A DNA stretch of 63,668 bases, the filler included, from Lenisia limosa (taxonomy: Eukaryota > Protista > Breviatea): NCBI GenBank assembly GCA_001655205.1. It is 8 parts of 8 records of this genome, joined end to end, with 100 filler letters (N's around TTAATTAATTAA, not from the genome) between each part and the next. Parts side by side here need not be neighbours in the genome. Positions count along the whole stretch, not along the records: positions 1 to 24,676 come from LPNZ01009280.1; 7 more parts are not named here. The stretch is one strand, 5' to 3'. Under the pieces are notes generated by a model, which was given only the letters and a program-made list of their open reading frames with translations, was not told where the DNA came from and searched no databases. Below are positions 1 to 13,870 of the stretch, piece by piece. Within the stretch, counting starts at the first letter, position 1; the number at the start of each line of letters is the position of its first letter. The position numbers and the translations under genes are program-made.

Positions 1-3000
1 ACATTCCTCCCTTCAGGGCCTCTATAAGTCCCAACTCATTGCTGCTGTGTCCGATGTGGGAACAACACACAAGGGTTGAAAACAACAAAATAAACAAAGC
101 CCAGGCCAGTCGCTTGTTCAGCACCGCATTCCGTTTATGGAAATTTTATCAAAACAAGGCCCAGAATCAACTCTTGAGGCCCAGAATCAACTCTTGGGAA
201 ACACACAAGGCCCAGAATCAACTCTTGGGAAACACACAAGGCCCAGAATCAACTCTTGAGAAACACACAAGGCCCAGAATCAACTCTTGAGAAACACACA
301 AGGCCCAGCCAAACACTTATTTGGATGAATGGAGAAACTTAACCCTGAGGTAACAAATAGCAGGGGGAGGGGAAACTTGATGGAATATGTCAAAATCTTT
401 GCAATAATACACCATCTTTTCAGGGGAAATGGGTCATGTTCAGATAGCGCCCACCTTGAGGTCCGAAGATCCGATAGCCAGCGTGAGAAGATACGCAATG
501 CCTTCTGGGAAAGCAGCAACAAGGCGTTGCGCATCAGGACTTTGCGTGATGTTGGCGAGGGCTAGAAGCGCTTGGCGCAACTCGCGTGATGCGTTGCGTG
601 GAACTGACTGGAATGTGATTGGGGGAGGGGGGTTACAAGAGTCCAGTTGAGACATTCGCATACATTGATATGAAAGGAAGCATACCTCCCCTCTACGCAA
701 ACAAACCATGATGAACCTCAAGAGCGCGGGTACAGCGCCGCTCTGCAAGCAGAACTCACGGCCAACTTCAGTCTTAGCCATATTTTGGATGCCTCGCGCT
801 GCATGTGTGGCAACCTATACCGTTATACTGAAGCAAAACAAAGAATGTGTTAAGAAAGCAGACTTTCATGTATGCGGCTGAATTGGGGTCGGACTTGACA
901 AACTCCTTGGCTGCATCAATATGAATCTGGGGGGGTGGGGGGTGAACTCGGGTGACCCTATTGATTACACTCTGAGCTGCAACATACAAGTTCTTCCTTG
1001 GGGTAAAGGGCCTCAACAAAAGCTGCAATTGGGGTCTCCATCTCAGAAGCAAATTTAACCTCTGGAATGTCAAAGGACAGTTAGCAATCGAGGAAACTCC
1101 AAAAAGAATGAGCAATTTATTAAGTTGAAAGTTTAAGACAGAAACATATTAATAATACATTATCCTTTATCATCTGGCCTAGTACCACAGAAAAAATTTA
1201 GCTCCTTTTCAACTTACAACCAAAGTAACCACCAACCAAAATCTTGGTCCGCTCTGGGGAGGGTTTCAATGGGCATCGCTACTCGTCCGCAGGTGAGAAT
1301 GGACTAAAATGGTCAATCAATCTATACACGGTGAGGAATGACAGGATAGGGATATTATTCAACCCGCCCATTTACAACTCACAACATCCAGATTTACCTT
1401 CTGACCCCCCACCCCCCTCGTGAGTTCTACGATTCAAAAAGGCCTACCTTGGGTGCACTCAGGGCAATGTTGGCCATAGCCTGGAAGGCGTCCATTCGAA
1501 CCTGAAGTATTACCACTAACTTTGGATCCAACACAGAAATAAATATGATTTGTTTGCGGTCAATAAAACCACTTTTTGCATTGTTCAATCCCATGTCACC
1601 TTTTAGAAAGCTTCTATCGACTATTTCACACAAACATAAGAATATATGTATGGTTATGAGTTATTATCAGGATTTATAGCCCACTTGAGAAAGGGGAGAA
1701 ATACAGCATTCAAGGAGGGCGGCGGTCACACCCAAATGGGCCAAAACATCGGCTGCGTCGAACTAGAAAGGTGTCACTATTAAAACTAAGACCACAAATT
1801 GCAGTAGCTGCAATGCTGAAAAACACTCTGACAAACAGGCAACAAAAGTGCTACCAAGGTCAAAAGCCGCCTACGTTTGTTGACACCTGGCTGATGGAGC
1901 GAATGGCTTCACTCAAGACACTAGGTGTGGGGGCTGGAGGGCCTCGAAGGGCACTAGTAGAGGTAAGATAACATCAAAATACAATATTCTCTTGTTATTA
2001 TGAAATGCTTCATATTTCAATTTTACTTGACAAAACCCTCCTGACCTGATAATTCCGCCGGCAACGTTGCTATCTCTGAATGAACAGAGGGCGTCAGCTG
2101 ACCAACATGTTGTAATAACTGAAGGGTAAACTGGGTTGATTCTTAAAACTAAGTGCACTATGTGCGAAAAAATATGGGCGTCACTCAAAATGATACACCA
2201 TTTCCCATGTCAGATTTTACAACAGCCCACCAGCAAGAGCAAGGAATTTGATTTCTTCGTTCTTCTGTTTTTTTAGACATTTGGCTATCGCTCTCATCAC
2301 TTCCGCATCTGCCGCTTTCTGTAAGGTGAAAAAAGATGAAAGTTCGAGATTTGGGTTCTAACAAGAACACAACACTACAATGTAATGAGGATCAAAATCT
2401 GAAAAAAACTCATAATCAAAGAACCCAAGTCCTACCTTTTTGTTCTCGGGACAGTTGGCCGTGAGGCACACGAGGCATCTTAGGGCCTGGCGCTGGGTCT
2501 TCATCACCGCCGTGGCTGCCAATTTGACGACAATTTGAATGGCTCCTGTAGGGATGGTGAGATGATGATAATCTAATAAAGACACGAGGCTGAGCACATT
2601 GGCTGAGAGACCCCCTACCCGCTTCCGCAACTGCAATTCTCCCCTCTGGTGATGTGCAGATGTTGGTCAGGGCTTGAAGTGCGACTCTCTNNNNNNNNNN
2701 NNNNNNNNNNNNNNNNNNNNNNNNNNNNNNNNNNNNNNNNNNNNNNNNNNNNNNNNNNNNNNNNNNNNNNNNNNNNNNNNNNNNNNNNNNNNNNNNNNNN
2801 NNNNNNNNNNNNNNNNNNNNNNNNNNNNNNNNNNNNNNNNNNNNNNNNNNNNNNNNNNNNNNNNNNNNNNNNNNNNNNNNNNNNNNGGACTGGTGGTGAG
2901 GGAAACTTGGAGAAAATCACAATAATCTCCACCAAAGACGAAGTGATGAGAAAAGAGGCGCACCGGCAGTTCAAGCAAGCATGAGCAATGACTCGCAAAC

Positions 3001-6000
3001 TATAATGATGTTATGGTACAAAGAAACCCTCCTCCTCCCTCTCTTTGTTTCGATAATGCATGACCCAGTCCAATCAAACATCAACCGCGGAATACAGCCC
3101 AACGTACAGATGGTATGCGAGTTTATCTTGAAGGCCGTCGGTCGCCGTCATCATCATCAGAAGAGACCGCAGGACTCCGCATCGGAACAGCAGAACGGCC
3201 CCGCCCGAGTCCTGGGGGGGGGGGGGNNNNNNNNNNNNNNNNNNNNNNNNNNNNNNNNNNNNNNNNNNNNNNNNNNNNNNNNNNNNNNNNNNNNNNNNNN
3301 NNNNNNNNNNNNNNNNNNNNNNNTGTTTTTTTGGGAAGTATTTGATATATCATTGCCAAATATAATGACATTAAAAAGGGATGGAAGATATAATTATATC
3401 ACCAGGGGGCTAACGTTTGCGATCAGCTTGAGAATGGCCCTGGCAATGGACACTCGAGTGGCCTCTGTTTCTACACCGCTATCAAAGACAAAGTATCCAT
3501 GTCATATTCGCGCAAATACATCAAGAAATAGATTTGTAATATCTGATCAATGTCAATATTAAGAACCGTACACACTAACACCGCTCACGTTGCGCGTCCA
3601 CAAGCGCGTCATTGAGTATTCTGAGTCTTTCCGCCACCTCTCCTTCTACGCCGTCGTCACTGCCTTCCTCCTCCACTGGTGCTGATAGAACTGCAATTTG
3701 TTCGTCTACAGGTCATAAGGACAACAGTTCAAGGAATATACTTGACAATCTACTCTTGTTACATCAAAAAAAAAACGAGAATTGTCAATTTTGATCTTCA
3801 TTCTCTAAATTTAATAAATAAAAACCCAGATCCAATCCCAAAACAACCTGTCTCATATGCAATATGTACGTAATATGTTGTTGTTATAATAGCTCATGAG
3901 AGGAAGCCCACCAGTTGGCTTGGGTCCCATATTGGTCAAGGCCTGTGACGCCATTGCACTCAGGTCGGGACGCGGTACTAAGTTGCCGCAAACAACCGGG
4001 CCGTTGTGCATCCAAAACAGCGTTCTCCAGTCAGCTGCGTGAGGGTAAGCAACGTTGAGATTGATATGTCGAAAGATGAAAAGGTTACATCTAGGGCTTC
4101 ACTTCGGTTCGAAAAAGACCAGTGAAATATCGATAGCTTTTGAGGATTTATCGAGATATTCAGTCTTTTTCCGAACTGAAGTGAAGCCCTTGATACATCG
4201 TATCAAAGCTGCGGGTGCTGAATGCAGCAATCTTTAAAAGCAACACTTACGATAGAGACAGAGGTTTGAGACCGCCGAGAGGAGGGCGACAGATGGGTTG
4301 ATTCCAAGGCTCTGCATGATGTTCTCACAGACGGTGCGGCTGAAGAGGCACTTACGACTCTCTTCTACAAAGGTGAGGAGGGGGAGGGGGGCTGAAATAA
4401 CATATCATTCCATAGATAGAAACAATAACAGGTTATCCTGGCTGAGGCTGACCATACACCATTACTAACGCCATTATGGGCTAGAACCACAGACATGCCA
4501 GCTCTTCTTCCAACATATGTCACCATGCCAACCAGTTCTCGCGGCGGCGGCAAGGGTCCAGGCAATATTCTCTGCCACGGACCTGTCACCTGAGATAAGC
4601 AGTGACGTGGCACCCTTTATGAGCTTGCCGAGAAGGTGTTGTGCGTTCTCTGAAATATTACATTATTTGCACAAGTCTACTTGTAATGTGCCATAGAGCT
4701 AGGACCAAATAAAACTGATAAAACAAGTTTCAACAATATCATAATAACGTCCTATTGGATCCACTTACCATTACATGATACATTTCTCAGCACGGCAGCG
4801 GCGTAGGAGACTGGAGTGGGATTGGGTCCGAGAAGGATCTGTGTGATCGTCTCAAGTCCACCAAGTTCCACAATCAAACTCTGGACAGGGGCTGGTGGTG
4901 GGGGTGGGGGTGAATGGACAATATAGTTACTGGTGTGAAGATTGTAACTGTGAACCAAACCATCGGGGCTTCAAACAAAAGATCACAGCAATATTCCCCG
5001 AAAAGAATACACAAACCCCGGTTTTAATACCTTCGATGGACATATTGGCAAGAGCAGTTGTTGCGTCACCTGAAGAGGTTACAAAAGAATGAATGAATGG
5101 ATTCCACTTAAAGATTATTTCCAGATAAACAGGTTTCCATTTGGCTGAGAAAACTAGCATTCTGTTTTTTGAAGATTTATCACGAAATTCGTTTTCTTTT
5201 CTTTTCTACACAGGTCCTTAAGTACACATAATATTTCTCTACACAGGTCCTTAAGTACACATAATATTATTTTTTTTTCAGAGTAGCCTTCTCTCTGTGT
5301 TTTTGAGATGGGAATAGGTAACAAAAAAAAGCCCTGCTTACACATAAGCTCAGGATCAGAAAGGGTGTTCACAATTTTGCGCACAACATCAGCTGTTGAT
5401 ACCATTTGTCGGACAACCGCTGAAAGGTAAGGCATACGACTAACAAAGATACTTTATAATTAAATCCCTGTAATTTAGTGTAAGAAAAGAAAATATATCC
5501 TATCATCATTTCACTAATTAATGCCCACTACCTTGGTTTGAGAGTCGAGCCAGAAGAGACAGCACGGCCGCAATGACAGAGCTGCTGTTGGCCTTGAGAA
5601 GGTTGCCGAGATAAGCCTGTATCTGCCATCTCAGGAGCTCTTGGACACAGTCGGCTGAGGCAGTTAATTACCACCATTGGAAGAAAACGCAATGAGAGCG
5701 GTGGAAATTATATCTCCCGACGAAAAGGACGAATGAGTCATCAAAAGATTACCCACAAACCGTCTGGGGTCAGGAAAATTAAAACTTTCAGTGCTTCAGC
5801 ATAAGACTCGAACTCAACTTGTTTCTGGAGGACCTGCTGGAAGATGTGTCCGATAGTGTTAGTGCGGAGGAGGACTTTCGGGTCTAGAAATAGTCACATC
5901 TGTTACATTCAAGCATATTGTATCTTATTAAAGTTTGGAGGACCGGAATAGAGGTCTCGCCATACCTCTTTGGGCTAAAGTAGCGAGCCTAAGAAGAGCT

Positions 6001-6110
6001 TTGTGTCTGTTTGCCTCTTGAGGTAAGAAACCACAGAGGTTTACAGCTACATTGTCAGCGTTATCCATCTTGGATGAAACGTCGAACTTGGGGAATCTCC
6101 CTCTGGAATT
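1..6110 (-). CDS. Multi-exon armadillo/HEAT-repeat protein; 3' end runs out of the window, start uncertain
   Basis: GT-AG bounded exons give ARM-like helices: LIVELGGLETITQILLGPNPTPVSYAAAVLRNVS, ELRQALLALANITQSPDAQRLVAAFPEGIAYLLTL, FCLQSGAVPALLRFIM, LLKANSSSVIAAVLSLLARLSNQ. No orthologue recognised; could be more than one gene. Confidence 0.7.
55..308 (-). repeat. Intron-3'-end repeat copy plus a derived 31-bp tandem array (AAACACACAAGGCCCAGAATCAACTCTTG(G/A)G, about 5 copies)
   Basis: Family core at 55-135; near-identical tandem units at ~150-308 with no unique spacers. Confidence 0.85.
4093..4190. mobile_element. Hairpin MITE family A, copy in an ARM-gene intron
   Basis: AGGGCTTCACTTCGGTTCGAAAAAGAC ... 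GTCTTTTTCCGAACTGAAGTGAAGCCCT terminal inverted repeats, ~100 bp, non-coding. Confidence 0.85.
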
Positions 6111-6199
6111 CTATCTCTGGTAAGGTACTTTTCCTCTTCAATTACACCTCTACTTTTGTTTTAAATGTATATATCTATCAAAATCTGAAACTTCCAAAA

Positions 6200-6854
6200 A
6201 GATCTTCTGATCACAAATAGCGTCGCACAGCATTTGTAAACTTTTGATTGACTTTTGAAACTACTGTACAAATCTTCATCATCAACCAGTTGAACTGGTC
6301 TCTACTCTAAATGACAAGGACACAATAACTTAAACAAGGGAACCGTAAACAAAACATAATATACACCATGGAAAAGGAAAGAAAAGACTACAAATTATCA
6401 ATTACTCCTTCTGATAAAGGAGGTTAGGGTCTCCTCTTCTGTGATAATCCTTTGAGGGCCTTCCAAACCTAAGAGAATCATAAGTGTGAGTCAAGTAACT
6501 AGATACTGGTATCACCATGAAAAAAGAGCAGGCTTCAAAAGAGTTGGGAGTAAAATATTGTGTTGCTTTAATATGGCACAAGAGAATCCTGTTTATTATT
6601 ATTTATTCAAGCTCCAGTCTGAGCTACGATGCAAGCAACAAACCACCATCGACTGCTTCAATGTAATGTTTAATTGAGATTACCAAACAAACAATATAAT
6701 GCACTGCACATGAACTACCCCCCTCATACACCATGTCTGGGGTGGGGCCCTTTGTTTGGCTTGGAGAAAAGGAATTTCTAGAAAGTGAGAACTTGAAACA
6801 GAAAAAAAAAACCCCATCTTTAAAAAGACTGAAACGAAATAGGGAGACACAGCG

Positions 6855-6891
<37 letters not shown>

Positions 6892-9800
6892 CAAACCTTT
6901 GAGGGGGCACGGTGATGGAGGTGTCCTCTTCGACGCTGCCGCTATAAATGACGGACTTCGCCGACCGGCCTAAACTGTGAAACCTGCTCAGAAGACTATC
7001 CCGGGCCCTGGGCCTTTGGGGGAAACGGGTAAAAGCCAACTTGGAGGGGAGCGAATGCCACTAATGATCTCTCTGTCACGATCCTAAAAAAAGTAAAATA
7101 TCACCAGAACACTAATGGAGACCCCTCAGCTTACGTTGCCATGGAATCTGTCCATGCCTTGTCTCATAGATGTAGTGAAAAACTGTTCCTTTCCCTCAGA
7201 TGTCCCGCTCATACAACTTGACACAGAATCATCCTTCTGAAAGGTGAAAAAAGGTGAAAAAGGAGGCTTAAGACATTCAATTAAATATGTACAATCTTCA
7301 AAACTGCGTTTGGAGCTCGATATAACCCGCACAAACATTGTGCTTTGGCTTAATTCCAGCAGCAACGGAAGGGTCCCGTGTTCTTGGTGCTTGCTTCTTC
7401 ATTTTGTTGAAAACTGAAATCAGCTTTGGGTTCTTTAATGTGCTGTTTTCCGTCTTAAGCTCGTCTACTCGACTCGTCTATTATTGAAAGCTTACTATTT
7501 GCTATTATGCAACAATTTAACCCACTGATATAGAAGATCTTCGAGATCAAGGTTGCTATCAAACTTGCTTCAGTCTGGTGATAGGTCTGATGTAAACACT
7601 CAGCTGAATATTATCCATCATCGCGCATCTTCCAATCCAATTCCAATCATACCAAATTATAGAAACACTAGATTTATTGAGGGTTACTAATTACTATTCA
7701 CCCTCACCAAGTTACGATTGTGTGGCAGATGACAAATCATCAACATTAAGGTAATTATACAATAGATGTTATGTGAAAGTATTTTTAATTCTCATATCCG
7801 TGGTATTTTAGGTTAAGAGTTCAGATTGGACTTAATAACATTCCCTTTGACCTCACGGCCAACTGCAAATGACAATCACTTTGTGTTATGTGAGTTACCA
7901 TTTACGATCTTGTATGTTTTTTTTTTGTTTCTTCTCTATTAGGAAACAAGCTTCATATCCACAAAACGTCTTTGTGCCCTGACTCCAGTCATCATACGTT
8001 CTTTTTTGACTACCTCAAGACAATCGCCGCTCTCCACCACGGTTGGCCTGTGCTTTGTGTAGATGACACCATTAAGATAGAGTTTGATTTTTTGTATTTA
8101 AAGAGGGAGTTCAATTAAGTTGCGAAAACTGTTTAGTGTGGTGAAATTGTACCAGATCCAAACATCCAAACATATTCAAGACTTCGGTAGGAGTGCCATA
8201 CCTTACTTGCTTTTTGATATTCTAGTTTAAAAAAGCTCACACGTTTTAAGATGGAGGATTCACCATTCTCCGTGAGTCAAAAATTGCCAACTTCATTTAC
8301 TAATTGAGGCTGTTAGTAATTGTGACTCTTTTTGGGCATCTCTCTATGTGATATCCAGTCTATCTTGTTGCAAATTTGAAAAGAAATTGCACAAAGAGTT
8401 AATTGTCTCAATAACCAGATTCAATTATCGCACGAATTTGGGATGAAATGCGGAGAAGCTATGATATTCAAGATCGAATGCTAGAAAGAGGTTCAACAAT
8501 CCCGCCTTTCCACCTTTCATATGTACGTGATCTGTCTGTTTCTTGCCTTAAATAACAAATTTCTAGAGAATATCACCTCAACAGTCAACAAACATTGCGT
8601 TTCAGCGGATAAAATGTGGTGGAATTTCTTTGCTTGCACCTCAACTTGGTGAATTGAAAGGCAGTGGTATGCACAAGGAATACTCTTCTTCTTTATAACC
8701 TTCAAGACTCCTCAATACATAGATATCTTATTCAAGATATTGCGAAACTCTACTCTGCACAACATCCTGGAATCAAAATTAAATATGTCCCAACAACCTC
8801 TGCTGTTGCTATTGAAACGTTGTTTATAAGTGGGCTGTTATAAACTAACAATTCAGGCGAATCAACTTCACTCTTTTGGAAAAGGAGTATTATCGGAACC
8901 GCGAGACTGGTATCTCTAGCCTTCCTGTATTTCAATTTACAATGTCATTTCCACACAATCTTCCCCATGTTCGTCAAAATTAACCTTCGCTTCATTACAC
9001 AGCTTCATCACAACCAAGCACAACTCAATCTTGAAATAATCGCTTTGTGGGTCAACATTTACAATCTGACATGACATTCCACCAACAATAATTGTGAAAA
9101 TATCAATGGCTCTCAAATGCCTGAGGGATAAATGATGGTAGATTTGGCTTTACATTTGTATACCTGGGAAGCTCACAAGATAGCAAACTAAATTAACCAC
9201 CTAAATGCCATTAGTTCTTGAGAGTTGGGATTTCAACTTCCGCTGCATGACAAGAGTTGTGAAATGGACAGTCATGGTAGAGCGCCTCAACTGAGATGAA
9301 AAACTCCCTATTGCTCTCAATGACAATAATCTTACTTGACAACATTCAGTGGGAGAGCAAAGATGTCAAGAAGATAAAACATTGAGAAGGCCTCAATACC
9401 AGCTTGGACTAGGGCGTGTCCTGTTTATATAATCAACCAGTCCATTTTACTGACAGACGAACCTACCTTCAATTCCAATTCTCATGGTATCAAAATTCCT
9501 AGCAGAGAATTCAACACCAAAAAGTGACGTGTCCACAATCCATGGACTTGATGATAAGATGAGGGGGATACAGAGAAATAATAAGTATCATACAAAGTAT
9601 TATGTCCTGAAACAGTTTTTAAATACCCCTTATTCAACAAAGGGTTCTAAAACTGAATACCGAGTTTTTCACCCAAGGCGACAGGGAAGCTAACGATGGC
9701 CATGCTGTATTGATGTGGACTGGTTGATTTTATTATTCTTTCAGGACCGAAATAACACGGATATCCGACAATCGCAACAAGGATTTATTGAATTTGGTCA

Positions 9801-10050
9801 ATCCCTTGATTATAAGGAGGTTAAATGAAACAACATTTTAGGCAGTTTTCTGTGACGTTGCTGGTGAAAACTTACTAAAGAATTGTTTAGAAACAGCCAA
9901 GACCATTGGAGCGAGTTAGTAGCATTGGTATAACAATGTAGTTTGGAAATTAAGGAACTTGAAAACGCGTGTTTGTTGTCTTGGAACCCAGTGTCACATA
10001 TCAAGATTCCCCTCTCTGTAGCAATTCAATAAGACTACATAATGAAATTC
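6200..10050 (-). CDS. Candidate exons of an unidentified gene, possibly the 5' extension of the ARM gene
   Basis: Short open segments with plausible splice sites (VDELKTENSTLK, SIPCAYHCLSIHQVEVQAKKFHHILSAETQCLLTVE, KQTDHVHMKGGKAGLLNLFLAFDLEY). No family recognised; exon chain not fully resolved. Confidence 0.35.
6856..6890. repeat. (GA)n microsatellite
   Basis: Directly visible GAGAGA run. Confidence 0.9.
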
Positions 10051-10244
10051 CAAAGGACATACTCATGCCAACAAACCATTTTTTTCATATCTTTTTGCTC
10101 AATGTCAGCGAGTGAGGTTCAAAAAACCCCGAGAAATATGTAGACGGTTTAATGGCTGGGTATGGCTTGTAAGTACCTGCTGTATTCTCAATTATTCAAT
10201 GGCTAATGAACATACATAATATGTACGTATCCTATTATACAATG

Positions 10245-11130
10245 TTAAAGAGCTGTTGCTTCTTCTTTCAGCTTCTTGTCTTTTGGAGATTCCTAAAAGA
10301 ATTAGTATTTGGTTCATATGGATTAGCCCGACTTCCTCTCACCTTGACACGTTGTCCGGAAGAGTTTGAAGGGGGAAGGCGGGAGTCGATAATGTCAATG
10401 GGTTCAGGGGGGTCACTGTAACAAGACATCAGCATCATCATTATGCCCAAAATGCCGACAGCGATTCCTGGACTGTTAGGATCCCGTTACAATTAACATA
10501 ATGGCGGAGTCACAATGGACATACCTGCAGCAAGGATCCATATGGAAATGTCCTGGAGTGATATCGCCAAAATAGCAATTAGAATGTAAAACAAAGCTCT
10601 TCCGGACCGATGTGTGAGGAATCGAAATTGAACTTGAACCCATCTACAATGTGACCTGATATTCCGTTTGGTGATACTCACGTGAAATTCAGCTCCGCTG
10701 ATATTCCAAGAAGACAGAAGGCCATTACATAGAGAACCTACAAGTTAGAGAATCCCAATTGACTCGATTTTTCATAAATCTTACATGAATTGTTTTTGGA
10801 AGATCACTCTGTAAGGCAGCTACAAATCTAAGATGTCAGCACGGAATTGCACGTCATTGCGCATGTATACATGTTTGTCCAACATAAACCCCACGCAAAC
10901 CCGAAGCAACATGCCGCCAAGCATCCAATAAGCACAATAAATGAGAATGTTCGGAGCAATGTGAGTTTTTCTTCTTTTGTCTTGTGGTGACTTCCCTGTA
11001 CAGTCAGATAGGATATGATCTGGTGATGTTTTAATCAAATCTGATATGGTGTGATAGGCCTAGCGTTTTACATAATATTGAAAATTACAACACAAACAGC
11101 ATTAGCTGGAGGTACCCTTGCTCTAGCCAT
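10245..11130 (-). CDS. COPI-associated / TVP15-like Golgi membrane protein
   Basis: Spliced chain MARARVPPANAVCV..LLRTFSFIVLIGCLAACCFGF..VLYVMAFCLLGISAELNF..WVQVQFRFLTHRSGRALFYILIAIL..ESPKDKKLKEEATAL*. The FxFLxxxxGRxLFYI pattern and hydrophobic segments fit the COPI_assoc family. Confidence 0.7.
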
Positions 11131-11797
11131 GGCCTTTTTGGATCAGATGTGCACAGTGGGCGTAAGAATGTGATTGTAGGGAGAATGGGAGAAGAGATGT
11201 GGAAGTAATTTTTAAAATTCACTGTTGCTAACTCGACTAATATGATAATTTAACACAAATAAACCTTATGAAGGAGAAAAGGAGCTGGAATGGGACATTT
11301 TGCATAAACCAAAAAAACCTGCCTAAAACGGACAATATGATTTGGCGTTTGTTGACTGATATGATGGGGATAACTGCGGGCCTGGTAATTAGAGGGGTGA
11401 CTTTAATTGTAAATAATTATGTTTCATCTCTTAGTAGAACCAGAAAACAGAGGGAAATAAAAAAAATTGACATTTGACAGACATGTATTTGAAAACTTCC
11501 CTTGAGCTCTGTTAAGGAAATACATCGAATAGAACAGAAAAATTATGATAATGTTTCAAATAATGACCCGCTTGAGTACATCGCATTACATAGTAATAAG
11601 CAAGATTGATTTAGAACAAATTCATCAAACTTGCCTTTTTGGGAAATTAACACCCTTCAACTTATTTCTACGGCCACATATTTACTAACTTTGTTACTGT
11701 AATTATAGTGATCTTATTCAATTATAATTTATTTGTATCGCATATTTTCTTCTTAATAAACTTATTAAGATCGTTATCCTATTTTAGCCCTGTCACA

Positions 11798-13870
11798 ATG
11801 AACCGAACAATCGAGGTTGACGAGGAAGACCCCTCTGCTGTCCTTAACCAGAACAAGGAGGTGTGTACCTTAATTTCTTGGGGGAATATGGGAACTAGGG
11901 GAAATAGTGGTGTTGTTTCCGTTTTCTCAAATCGTAATCCTGCACTATCAACAACTATGAAGGAGTAAACTGTCCTTTCGTATGGTAATTCACCTTTCTA
12001 AACCGATGTGATATTCACTTTTGCAGCTTATTTGCTCCTATTTGCGCTATAGTTATGGTGGGAAGGTGACAGTTGCTGGAATCAAGGTTTGAAGGATCAC
12101 ATTAAACGGATGTTTGGAGGATCATTTTTCAAATACTTTTAGAGCAATTTTCAAACTAACACATGTTTTTAAATGATATGTGTATTATTTGTCCTTATCC
12201 ATCCTAGGCCTTTGTCACCCCTGGATTCCTTTACTACACTGATGCTTGTGAAGTTGAGACGTCAAAAAGACTTGCCCTGAGACTGGAGGAATGGCAGGAC
12301 ATCCGTGAGGACACCAATATTGAGGTGAGTGTCAAGGCCTTGAATTGAATAGTTTTCCAGATTGTGGACATGGTAGCTGAGAGAAACACCGTTGCCGTGA
12401 GTTACATTCTCACTGGATCGCTCAAAGAAGGTAAGAACTTCGTAAAATGACGTTTAGACTCGATCTATCCCGGGACTGAGTACAGTGTTGGAGGTGTGGA
12501 CTACACGTTCCATGGTGAGTGTTTCTTAGTTTCTGGGCAACTTCGACTTTTTACAACATCTCAATTTGTGGTAGACTTATCGAATGGATACTTTTTACTT
12601 TGTTAGCAATGTCTTTTATGGAAATTGATGGCGGCCTTATCAAGAGGGAGTGGATCCGTCATGAGGTGTGCCTAATGTTTGAGTGACTAAACTGTATTTT
12701 TTCGTACTAAGTGACTTGTTTTTGGTGCTTTCCATTAAATGGCCCATAAATAGGCGACACGAAGATATTATTGTTTCACTTTGACGCTTCAGGACATGCA
12801 TGAGGAGTTTGCCATTCCTCAGTCGCACTCGCGTCGCAGAATCGTGAGGAATTTGGGGCTTCATCTCCACGTTCATTTTTGATGACATTTGTAGCTGCCA
12901 AGCCCCCTACCACATAAGACTGCCTCCATCTTTACTGGGAGAAAGAAGGTGGCGTTTAACTACGTCAGAGATTTACACGGCCCCTTCGAGCACGTGAGGG
13001 GTGACGTCTGGAAATAACATAATTTTTACCATGTCTATTTGAAAGTACATATGATATTGAAATAACCCCCCAGGTGAATGCATTTGACCTACTCAAAGAG
13101 ACTGAGCCTGACTTCCAACACTCATACTTCGGCAAAGATGTGGAGTCACGCAAGTTGGCCAAATGATATATAAGCTCATTGTTATTTGAAAACTATTCTA
13201 TCAAATTGATTGTTGAGACTGTAAGCCAAAGTCTGACAAATTTTCTTTTCAGTGGATATATAGTCATCTTGCAGATTCCTCAAGAAAATGCATAACTGGA
13301 ACAAAATTGCGCCCACGTTGTCCCTGGTGGTCAACCACATGATTGAGGAGGGAGACAAGGTTGGGATTTAGATTTTTCAGAAATCACTCCTTTAGAACAT
13401 CCGTTATGAATTAACATTTTAGGTTGCCGTGCATTACACAGTCTTCGGAAGGGTACAAGAGAAGGACACCAACTACCCTCACAGCCACACCAACGTTGCC
13501 CACAAGGATGTCGTTGTTGACTGTGGGCTTCGGTACAATACAAGTCCATGTTGAAAGCGGTCCTTCGACCTCACCATCCTCATCAGGCCTGCGCATTTTG
13601 TCCTTCAAGGGCGACATGATCCACCGAGACGATTCTTTCAGTTGCAACGTCCGCCGTCTGCTCAATGTTCCTCGTGAAGTCACCCCCCTCACGCCTCCCG
13701 CAAAGGACAACAGGGCAATTGGTAGGTCCAAAAGACATATCGTTTCTGCAATCTCGTTCCTCATGAAGTGCTATCTGTTGTCTATCCTTTCGTTTATCTA
13801 TGTACACCATTTCAGCACATTAATCGGTATAGCCGACATGATTGCCGGCCTCAAGGACGTTTTCGCCTGA
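11798..13870 (+). CDS. Protein with two SnoaL-like (NTF2-fold) domains
   Basis: Exons give IVDMVAERNTVAVSYILTGSLKE..SFMEIDGGLIKREWIRHE and a second copy VVNHMIEEGDKVAVHYTVFGRVQE..LRILSFKGDMIHRDD; ATG at 11798, TGA ending 13870. Confidence 0.6.

Noticed and set aside
150-308. CRISPR-like array (also 58405-58579 and 39508-39597)
   Set aside because: Units are contiguous with no unique spacers, there are no cas genes, and the context is a eukaryotic intron.
2649-2998. ORF-track entries dominated by X runs
   Set aside because: They are open only because Ns hide stops; not evidence of coding.
4093-4190. MITE family A as whole-intron introner elements
   Set aside because: Copies lie inside larger introns and do not supply splice sites.
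8000-10050. Stop-codon reassignment or a decayed viral/retro ORF
   Set aside because: Stops can be explained by short GT-AG introns, other genes end on TAA, TAG and TGA normally, and no RT, integrase or capsid motif was seen.
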